Shown here piece by piece: positions 26,750 to 33,410 of a stretch of DNA of 57,801 nucleotides. Numbering within the stretch: the stretch's first letter is position 1; each line of letters begins with the position of its first letter. The notes under the pieces are model-generated. The model had not been told where the DNA came from, made no database searches, and worked only from the letters and a program-made list of their open reading frames with translations. The position numbers and the translations under genes were made by a program. Origin of the DNA: Bacteroidales bacterium (lineage in GTDB: Bacteria; Bacteroidota; Bacteroidia; Bacteroidales; UBA7960); the NCBI GenBank assembly GCA_046483935.1, contig JAWOCF010000135.1, positions 1 through 57,801 of the forward strand. The letters are read 5' to 3'.

Positions 26750-28012
26750 TTGGATTTTAAAATTTTTAATCTGGCAGAAAGCCTCATGGAAGGCATTTCA
26801 GCCATGAATTACCAAACACCGACGCCTGTACAACAAAAAGTAATTCCCGCAATTCTTGAAGGCCATGATGTCATTGGATGCGCGCAAACGGGTACAGGGA
26901 AAACCGCCGCCTTTTTATTGCCCATCCTTCATAAACTCATTCAAACCCCCTCTCAAGACAAGATACGGGCCATGATCGTAGTACCTACCCGTGAGCTTGC
27001 CGTGCAGATTGCCCAGCAAGCCGAGGGATTCGGTTACTTTTCTTCAATCAGTAGCTTGCCCGTATACGGGGGCGGTGACGGCATCGTCTATTCGAACGAA
27101 AAAAGAGCCCTGACCAGTGGGGTCGATATCGTGATTTGCACCCCGGGAAGAATGATCAGCCACCTGAACATGGGCTATGTTGATCTCGACAGCCTGGAAT
27201 TTCTGGTGCTTGATGAAGCAGACCGCATGCTTGATATGGGCTTCTCGGATGACATCATGAAGATGATTTCTTTCCTGCCCAAAAAGCGTCAGAGCCTGTT
27301 GTTTTCGGCGACCATGCCTTCCAAAATCAGGGACATGGCCCGTAAGATCCTGCATCAACCCCTCGAGATTAATATCTCCCTGGCCAAACCACCCGAAAGC
27401 ATCCGCCAATCGGCCTATATGGTATTTGACGATGCAAAGATTCCCCTGGTGAAAGAGGTGGTGAAAGATCCTGATCTGAAATCGATTATCATTTTTTGTG
27501 ATACCAAGATCAAAGTCAAACAACTTACACGTGACCTGAAAGCGGCCCGCCTGATGGTTGAAGAAATTCATTCCGATCTGGATCAAAAGACCCGCGAGGA
27601 GGTGATGAACCGCTTCAAGAGCCGGCAAACCAGGATCCTGGTTGCCACCGATATTATTTCCAGAGGAATTGATGTGGATAATATCGACATGGTGGTGAAC
27701 TTCAATGTTCCCCACGATGCCGAGGATTATGTGCACCGCATCGGGCGTACCGCCCGGGCCCAGGCTTTGGGCCAGGCCGTTACCCTGGTGGGAGTGAAGG
27801 AGCAGCGCAGTTTTGCTGCCATCGAAAAGCTCCTGGGCCAGGAAGTGCCACGGGGTGTGTTGCCCGAGAAACTTGGAAAGGCTCCTCAGTATCGTCCCAC
27901 CGAAAACAGCTCTAATGGGGGTGGCCGGTTTAATGGGAAGGGCAAATCCGATAGCCCCCACAAACACCGTTCGGCCAATACCAGACGCCGCAGGCCACCT
28001 GTAAGTAATTAA
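26750..28012 (+). CDS. DEAD-box ATP-dependent RNA helicase (RhlE-like) with a basic C-terminal tail
   Basis: Q-motif context YQTPTPVQQ, AQTGTGKT, PTRELA, VLDEADRM, SAT and HRIGRTAR are all present. The TTG at 26750 gives the usual N-terminus xDFKIFNLAESL. The track ORF begins at GTG 26654. Confidence 0.9.
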   Translation: MDFKIFNLAESLMEGISAMNYQTPTPVQQKVIPAILEGHDVIGCAQTGTGKTAAFLLPILHKLIQTPSQDKIRAMIVVPTRELAVQIAQQAEGFGYFSSISSLPVYGGGDGIVYSNEKRALTSGVDIVICTPGRMISHLNMGYVDLDSLEFLVLDEADRMLDMGFSDDIMKMISFLPKKRQSLLFSATMPSKIRDMARKILHQPLEINISLAKPPESIRQSAYMVFDDAKIPLVKEVVKDPDLKSIIIFCDTKIKVKQLTRDLKAARLMVEEIHSDLDQKTREEVMNRFKSRQTRILVATDIISRGIDVDNIDMVVNFNVPHDAEDYVHRIGRTARAQALGQAVTLVGVKEQRSFAAIEKLLGQEVPRGVLPEKLGKAPQYRPTENSSNGGGRFNGKGKSDSPHKHRSANTRRRRPPVSN

Positions 28013-28017
28013 AGATT

Positions 28018-28043
28018 CCGGTGTATTGCACCGGGTTTCTTTT
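28018..28043 (+). terminator. Terminator-like hairpin immediately after the helicase gene
   Basis: CCGGTG-TATTG-CACCGG is followed by GTTTCTTTT. Confidence 0.55.
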
Positions 28044-28088
28044 ATTATAAACGGGATTGTGATCCCCACGACATAGAAAGAACCCAGA

Positions 28089-28125
28089 CCGCTTCAGAAA
28101 CATGTTCTGCGGCGGTTTTTTTTTT
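28089..28125 (+). terminator. Second plus-strand terminator (hairpin plus T10)
   Basis: CCGC..CAGAA-ACATG-TTCTG..GCGG forms an interrupted stem followed by ten T. A second T9 run follows after GCCCAGC. Confidence 0.6.
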
Positions 28126-28152
28126 GCCCAGCTTTTTTTTTCTCCGGGCTAT

Positions 28153-28186
28153 TAAAAAAGTGGACAAATGCTGCCCGCATCCACTT
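28153..28186 (-). terminator. Minus-strand terminator-like hairpin at the low-coordinate end of the intergenic island
   Basis: The minus strand reads AAGTGGA-(15 nt)-TCCACTT followed directly by TTTT. No annotated minus-strand gene ends here. Confidence 0.4.
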
Positions 28187-28237
28187 GATATGGCTACAAA
28201 CACGCTGCATCAGGGAGCTGTCAAGCTCCTTCCCGAA

Positions 28238-28361
28238 TCATATCATAGACGTATCATAGACGTATCATAAACGTATCATAAACGTATCATAGACGTTTTA
28301 AAACGTTTATGATACGTCTGAAATACGTTTAAACTACGTTTAAACTACGTCCGAACTACGA
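28238..28361. repeat. 11-bp phased ACGT-core repeat array with dyad symmetry around a 14-bp perfect palindrome
   Basis: Left side: a degenerate TCATATCATAG, then ACGTATCATAG, ACGTATCATAA, ACGTATCATAA, ACGTATCATAG (28249-28292). Centre: ACGTTTTAAAACGT (28293-28306). Right side: TTATGATACGT (the exact reverse complement of the left unit), CTGAAATACGT, TTAAACTACGT, TTAAACTACGT, CCGAACTACGA. ACGT cores start at 28249, 28260, 28271, 28282, 28293, 28303, 28314, 28325, 28336 and 28347. Confidence 0.9.
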
Positions 28362-28426
28362 ATCTGATCAGGATTTGTCGGGGCCCTGATTGGGATCTGA
28401 CAAGGCAACTACGAGGGGCGGGGGCA

Positions 28427-28464
28427 TAAAAAAAAGAGGCTGACACCTTTCGATGACAGCCTCT
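28427..28464 (-). terminator. Rho-independent terminator downstream of ilvE
   Basis: Stem AGAGGCTG/CAGCCTCT is followed on the minus strand by T8 (plus-strand A-run 28427-28434). Confidence 0.8.
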
Positions 28465-28483
28465 TTAAATAAAATTGATGTGA

Positions 28484-29503
28484 TTACTCAAGAATGGTTA
28501 CCCAGCCATGGGTATCAGGCTCTTCACCGTACTGAATGGCCTGAAGCTTTTTGAATAACCTGGTAGAGGCAGGGCCTGCCACGCCATCTTTCGAAAAGAT
28601 GTACTCTTTGCCACTGTCACGATCAACGATTTTTCCGATGGGCGAGATGATGGCCGCTGTGCCACAGGCGCCGGCTTCTTCAAAAGTCTCCAGCTCTTCC
28701 AGGGCTACCTGACGTCTTTCAACTTTCATGCCCAGATCCTGTGCCAGTTGCATCAGGCTCATGTTGGTGATCGAAGGAAGAATGGAGTCAGACTTTGGCG
28801 TAATGTAAGTGTTGTCTTTGACGGCGAAGAAGTTGGCCGGGCCGGCTTCATCAATGTATTTTTTTTCTTTGGCTTCCAGGAAGATCACCGAGGCAAACCC
28901 TTCGGCTTTGGCCCTTTCAGAGGCCCGCAGGCTGCCTGCATAATTGCCGCCTACTTTGATGGCTCCCGTGCCCAATGGGGCTGCACGGTCAATATCATGG
29001 ATAATCTGCATGCTCACCGGGCTGAAGCCTTCTTTAAAATAAGGGCCTACCGGGCCCACAAATACCATAAACAGGTATTCTTTGGCAGGGCTCACTCCAA
29101 CCTGCACCCCGGTGCCAATCAGCACCGGCCTGATGTAAAGGGAAGCGCCATATCCATAGGGAGGAACGAACCGCTCATTGAGTTTTACGGCCTGGATCAC
29201 CATTTGCTGAAAAAGCTCTTCGGGTACTTTGGCCATCAAGATACCATCGGCTGAACTCTGAAGCCGTTTGGCATTCTCTTTCCAGCGAAACAATCTGATC
29301 TTACCGTCTTTGCCACGGTATGCCTTCATACCTTCAAAGGCTTCCTGGCCGTAATGCAGGCAGGTGGCTGCCATGTGAATGTTCACAAATTCAGAGGAGG
29401 ATACTTCTACCTCTCCCCATTTGCCGTCGCGATAATAGCTACGTACATTATAATCGGTTTTAAAATATCCGAACGGGAGTTTTCCCCAATCCATGTTTTG
29501 CAT
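28484..29503 (-). CDS. ilvE: Branched-chain amino acid aminotransferase (class IV PLP enzyme)
   Basis: The 339-aa product has YGQEAFEGMKAYR, IRPVLIG, AAPLGTGAIKVGGNYA and EAGACGTAAIISPI, typical of the long IlvE form. Confidence 0.9.
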   Translation of the reverse strand: MQNMDWGKLPFGYFKTDYNVRSYYRDGKWGEVEVSSSEFVNIHMAATCLHYGQEAFEGMKAYRGKDGKIRLFRWKENAKRLQSSADGILMAKVPEELFQQMVIQAVKLNERFVPPYGYGASLYIRPVLIGTGVQVGVSPAKEYLFMVFVGPVGPYFKEGFSPVSMQIIHDIDRAAPLGTGAIKVGGNYAGSLRASERAKAEGFASVIFLEAKEKKYIDEAGPANFFAVKDNTYITPKSDSILPSITNMSLMQLAQDLGMKVERRQVALEELETFEEAGACGTAAIISPIGKIVDRDSGKEYIFSKDGVAGPASTRLFKKLQAIQYGEEPDTHGWVTILE

Positions 29504-29612
29504 AATATACCAATTTTTATAAGTTAGGAATTTAAGGCCTTCGGGCGCTAAATTATAACAATATTTTAAATCATTGCGCTTTCTGCCTTTAATTTATTGA
29601 TGTTTTGCACTA

Positions 29613-31106
29613 TTATAGTTCAGAATGAATATGCGTAGTAATGGCATCCATCAGGTGCACCATCCTGGATCGCATCAGCGAAGAGCTGCCCTGATAATTA
29701 TTCAGGATAAAGGCAAAAGCCACCAATGTCCCATCCTGCAAGGTAGTGTATCCAGCATAAGCGCGTACGTTGTTCAGATAACCGCTTTTTGCAATCAGCA
29801 CCCCTTGGGAGGCGGTGTTTTTGAATAGGTTGGTGAGTGATCCTGTCTCCCCGGCCACCGGCAAACTTTGCCTGAAGGACTCATAGATTGGCTGGCCGGT
29901 ACAAAAAGCCAGCAGGTGTGTCAACTGGCGGGTGGTAAGCCTGTTTGATGGCGAGAGGCCGCTGCCATCATGCAGAGTCATGCCTGAGGTATCCAGGCCC
30001 TTTTGGGTCCAGAACTGATCGAGCCCTTTGAGGGCCTCTTTGGTGGTACCCTGCCCGTTGTTGTGCAGCCCGATGGTTTTCAGCAGGTTTTCGGCGTAGG
30101 TGTTGTTACTCTCAATGTTGGTGTACTTCACGATGTCCTTCAATGGGGGAGACCACCAGGTGCTGATTACCTGCCGGGAATCCAGGGAAGCATTACCGGC
30201 CGCCCGGGCCTGTTGCCACGATAGGGTGTTGCCCGAAGTAATCATTCCGTTTAGCTGAAGGAACTGATTGAAAGCATTGGCCAGATAGGCCGCAGGATCA
30301 GGGATGGATCCTTTTACCGCAAAGCGGCGGGCTCCGGCAGGTACTGTTCCTGTTAATATTCTCAGCGGAGAGTAGGGGGCGCCCAGGATGTATACCTGGT
30401 CACCCGAGCCAGGTTCGCCGGTCCTTAACTGGTTTTCCAGGATCATCCCCGGGATGGCAGGTTCGGTACCCAGCACCTTCACCGGTTCGCCGGGTCGGCT
30501 TCCACCGTCAAAATATACAGTATACATGTTTTCATGAACAGTCAGTCCGCTGGCTCCTGCTCCGTAATAATTACCCATGTCCTCCCACAGCCATTTGCGG
30601 GGCACCATTTCACGGTCAAATGCTGAATCATCGGCAATGATACTGCCAGCGATTTTGCGGACCCCTGCGGCCTTTAAATCGCTTAGCCAACGGTTGAAAA
30701 CCTGCTCCAGGGATAATGAGTCGGCCATTTGAGCTGCACCTAATGTAGGGTCGCCACTGCCTTTGATTACCAGGTCGCCCTCCAGCAGACCTTCCTGGCT
30801 GACCATGCCATGGGTCGACAGGGTGGTAGCATAACGGTAATCGTCGCCCAGGAGCAACAGGGCCGTGGCGGTGGTGACCACTTTTTGCGTAGAGGCAGGC
30901 ACCAGGGCCAGATCGCTGTTATGCGAAAGAATCGGCTGGCCGGTGGTTGCTTCTGCTACATGAAGGCTCCATGAAGCATTTTTCAGAGAGGCATGGGCGG
31001 CAAAGGCAGCCAGCTGTTTATGAAGGTTGGAAGGCTCCTGGCTGTGAAGCTGGTAAATTCCCGTCAGGATAATCAGCGCCAGGATTATACAGTTTTTTTT
31101 TGGCAT
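29613..31106 (-). CDS. dacB: D-alanyl-D-alanine carboxypeptidase/endopeptidase (PBP4, peptidase S13)
   Basis: SxxK (PASTQKVVT), SxN (ESNNTYAE) and KSG (IAKSGYL) motifs are present. I prefer ATG 31106 (MPKKNCIILALIIL signal peptide). The track ORF starts at 31139. Confidence 0.85.
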   Translation of the reverse strand: MPKKNCIILALIILTGIYQLHSQEPSNLHKQLAAFAAHASLKNASWSLHVAEATTGQPILSHNSDLALVPASTQKVVTTATALLLLGDDYRYATTLSTHGMVSQEGLLEGDLVIKGSGDPTLGAAQMADSLSLEQVFNRWLSDLKAAGVRKIAGSIIADDSAFDREMVPRKWLWEDMGNYYGAGASGLTVHENMYTVYFDGGSRPGEPVKVLGTEPAIPGMILENQLRTGEPGSGDQVYILGAPYSPLRILTGTVPAGARRFAVKGSIPDPAAYLANAFNQFLQLNGMITSGNTLSWQQARAAGNASLDSRQVISTWWSPPLKDIVKYTNIESNNTYAENLLKTIGLHNNGQGTTKEALKGLDQFWTQKGLDTSGMTLHDGSGLSPSNRLTTRQLTHLLAFCTGQPIYESFRQSLPVAGETGSLTNLFKNTASQGVLIAKSGYLNNVRAYAGYTTLQDGTLVAFAFILNNYQGSSSLMRSRMVHLMDAITTHIHSEL

Positions 31107-31148
31107 GATGAGAATGATTGGTGCAATAACTGCGGGCACGACCTCTTC

Positions 31149-32102
31149 TTACCAGCTAAACACCGAGATGTTGAAATACTTGCCCGGATTGTTACGGATT
31201 TCCATCAGCAGGCTGTCGAGCTGGCGCGAGGAAGCATCGAGGTTGCGATACAGGTCTTCATCATTAATTAACAGCCCCATAGACCCTTCACCACGATTGA
31301 TCTTTTCCATTACCTGCGCGAAATCGTCCATGGTCTGGTTGACATTGCTGAAGGTTTGTTCGATGCGGGCAGCAGCCAGGGTATCGCTGATGGCTGAAAA
31401 GTTTTTTATGATCCGGGAAATATCTTCGTTGTTGGTTTTGATGTTGGTGGTGATGGATTCGGCATTTGATAAAATGACCGAAAGCTTGCTGATCTGGGCT
31501 TCCAGGGAGGTGTCCAGGGTCATGGTGGTGCTTTCCAAACTGTTGAGGGTTTTGGTAATACTCTCCACACTACTGATGATGTTGTCTCTGGTTTGGGGAT
31601 TGAAGGTATACTGGATGACCGTGAGGATGGTATCAACCTGGCCCAGCAAGTCTTCGACCTTCTGACGCATGGGCATTAGCTGACGGGTCACCTGATCGGT
31701 GATGGATTCCTTGGTTTGGGATTGCAATGTATCGCCTTGCCCAAGAAGGGCCTGCGAGTCACCCAGCACAATTTCTATTTCGGTGGTTCCCAGGAAATCA
31801 GATGACATGCGTGCCGTGGAATTTTCCGGAATCAGGATCTTTCCACTTTCTACAATCGATTCCACCACCACTCTGCCCGATCCATCAGGATGAAAGATGA
31901 TGCGATCGACCTGTCCGATCTGTACGCCACTTACCCTGACAGGATTCGATTCGGTCAGGCCACCTACCTCTTCATAAACGGCATAAAAAGAGATCTGAGG
32001 GGTAAAAAGATCTTTCCCTCTCAGATAATTTATTCCCCAGATAAAGAGAAATAAGGTAACTGCCGCAAGAATACCCAGTTTTACTTCACGCGAGATTTTC
32101 AC
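31149..32102 (-). CDS. MlaD/Mce family protein
   Basis: An N-terminal TM helix (KLGILAAVTLFLFIWG) is followed by the Mce beta-barrel segment NPVRVSGVQIGQVDRI and a long helical tail. Confidence 0.8.
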   Translation of the reverse strand: MKISREVKLGILAAVTLFLFIWGINYLRGKDLFTPQISFYAVYEEVGGLTESNPVRVSGVQIGQVDRIIFHPDGSGRVVVESIVESGKILIPENSTARMSSDFLGTTEIEIVLGDSQALLGQGDTLQSQTKESITDQVTRQLMPMRQKVEDLLGQVDTILTVIQYTFNPQTRDNIISSVESITKTLNSLESTTMTLDTSLEAQISKLSVILSNAESITTNIKTNNEDISRIIKNFSAISDTLAAARIEQTFSNVNQTMDDFAQVMEKINRGEGSMGLLINDEDLYRNLDASSRQLDSLLMEIRNNPGKYFNISVFSW

Positions 32103-32128
32103 TATACTTTCTGTTTTAGCTTACAAAG

Positions 32129-33310
32129 TTACGGAATATTTTGCTGCTGTTTAAGCAGGCGGATGGCTTCGGAGGGAGAAATCCTGGTGTCACCATGAAA
32201 AGCGACTACAAAGGCATCCTTAAAGCCTGCCTGCTGCACCTGAAGTTGCAGTTCTGCTGCTTCTTCAAGGGTGCTGGCTTGCCCAACAGTATACTTATAC
32301 AAGCCTTCATGAATATAATATTCAACCTCCCCCAGGGGTTTGAACTGGGGGGCATTCACAGGATTCTTTTCTGCCGTGGTGGCAAACTGAATCTTGAAAA
32401 TCACCGCGTTTGGGTTTTGAACCTGTGATGCTGCTCCTGATGATCCGGCATCTTCCCTTACGATCTCTTTTTGTTGACGCTCCAGGGACACTGAAGCGTT
32501 CCTGGCTGTCAGCCCTTCGTTGAGGGTTGTAGCCAGGGCATCATGTTGTTGCTTGTACTCGCGGAATGCCCTGAAGATGGCCGAGGCAATATGTGATTGC
32601 CCCTGTTTTGACATCAGGTATTCTTCTTCTTTGGGATTACTCAGAAAGCCTGCCTCCACCAGGATGCTGGGCATGGTGGCTTGATACAATACCAGGAAAC
32701 CGGCTTGCTTGATCCCTCTGTCGTGACGCATGGCCCGGTCTCTAAATTGCTGCTGCACCAGTGAGGCTATTTGAAGACTGTGTTCAAGATGGGCGTTCTG
32801 ATACAGGGTAAAAATGATATTGGCTTCCGGAGAGTTTGGATCATACCCATCATATTTTTCCTGATAATTATCCTCCAGAAGGATATCGGCATTTTCTTTT
32901 TTTGCCACCTCCAGATTCGCTTTTCCCACATGGAGACCCATCACGAAGGTCTCTGTTCCGTAGGCCATACGATTGGCAGCAGCATTGCAATGGATGGAGA
33001 TAAAAAGATCGGCATGATTTCTATTTGCGATTGCAGTACGTTCATGAAATTCCACAAATTTATCGGTCGTACGGGTATAAATTACTTTTACATCAGGCAG
33101 ATGTTCATTGATTAGCTGTCCTAATTGCAGGGAAATGGCCAGGGTAATATCTTTTTCGCGTGATTTACGCCCCACTGCACCCGGGGCTTTTCCACCATGC
33201 CCGGGGTCAATCACCACCGTGCGTACAAACCCCCGCCCATCAGCTGGCTGAGCCTTTAGTGCTAAGGCAGTGAGGCTCAGCATAACAAAAAATATAAAGA
33301 AGCGTTTCAC
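32129..33310 (-). CDS. N-acetylmuramoyl-L-alanine amidase (Amidase_3) with a C-terminal SPOR-like domain
   Basis: VVIDPGHGG, LFISIHCNA and ILVEAGFLSN are present, and the C-terminal FKIQFAT...AGFKDAFVVAF resembles SPOR. The start codon is GTG. Confidence 0.85.
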   Translation of the reverse strand: MKRFFIFFVMLSLTALALKAQPADGRGFVRTVVIDPGHGGKAPGAVGRKSREKDITLAISLQLGQLINEHLPDVKVIYTRTTDKFVEFHERTAIANRNHADLFISIHCNAAANRMAYGTETFVMGLHVGKANLEVAKKENADILLEDNYQEKYDGYDPNSPEANIIFTLYQNAHLEHSLQIASLVQQQFRDRAMRHDRGIKQAGFLVLYQATMPSILVEAGFLSNPKEEEYLMSKQGQSHIASAIFRAFREYKQQHDALATTLNEGLTARNASVSLERQQKEIVREDAGSSGAASQVQNPNAVIFKIQFATTAEKNPVNAPQFKPLGEVEYYIHEGLYKYTVGQASTLEEAAELQLQVQQAGFKDAFVVAFHGDTRISPSEAIRLLKQQQNIP

Positions 33311-33331
33311 TTAAAATATCCCTTTTTTAAT

Positions 33332-33339
33332 TAGTTTTG
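33332..33339 (+). promoter_or_regulatory. Candidate -7 promoter box (TAGTTTTG) for the lptD-like gene
   Basis: It matches TAnnTTTG 72-90 nt upstream of the candidate starts. Confidence 0.45.
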
Positions 33340-33389
33340 CCAAGTAGTTGAGGTGCCATAAAAACATAGCAGGCACGGCATATATTATA

Positions 33390-33397
33390 CAAAAATA
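33390..33397 (-). promoter_or_regulatory. Candidate -7 promoter box (TATTTTTG) for the amidase gene
   Basis: The minus strand reads TATTTTTG about 80 nt upstream of the GTG at 33310, arranged divergently to the lptD promoter. Confidence 0.4.
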
Positions 33398-33410
33398 ACA
33401 TTTATTAAAG

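Noticed and set aside
27044-28069. A 341-aa minus-strand ORF antisense to the DEAD-box helicase gene.
   Set aside because: All helicase motifs are in the plus frame. The antisense frame has no recognisable features and runs through the helicase terminator.
28238-28361. Possible CRISPR array.
   Set aside because: The units are only 11 bp long and directly abut one another without spacers. No cas genes or leader are present.
28116-28434. Possible MITE: the island begins TTTTTTTTTTGCCC and ends GGGGCATAAAAAAAA, which look like imperfect terminal inverted repeats.
   Set aside because: Both ends are the low-complexity T-run tails of the flanking genes' terminators. No target-site duplication is visible and a second copy cannot be assessed in this window, so the resemblance is probably coincidental.
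28126-28436. Possible chromosomal replication origin, or an iteron-type plasmid origin.
   Set aside because: I found no TTATCCACA-type DnaA boxes; the closest match is GCATCCACT. There is no adjacent dnaA, dnaN or rep gene, and the AT-rich unwinding region is limited to the repeats. This is kept only as a remote alternative within the repeat finding.
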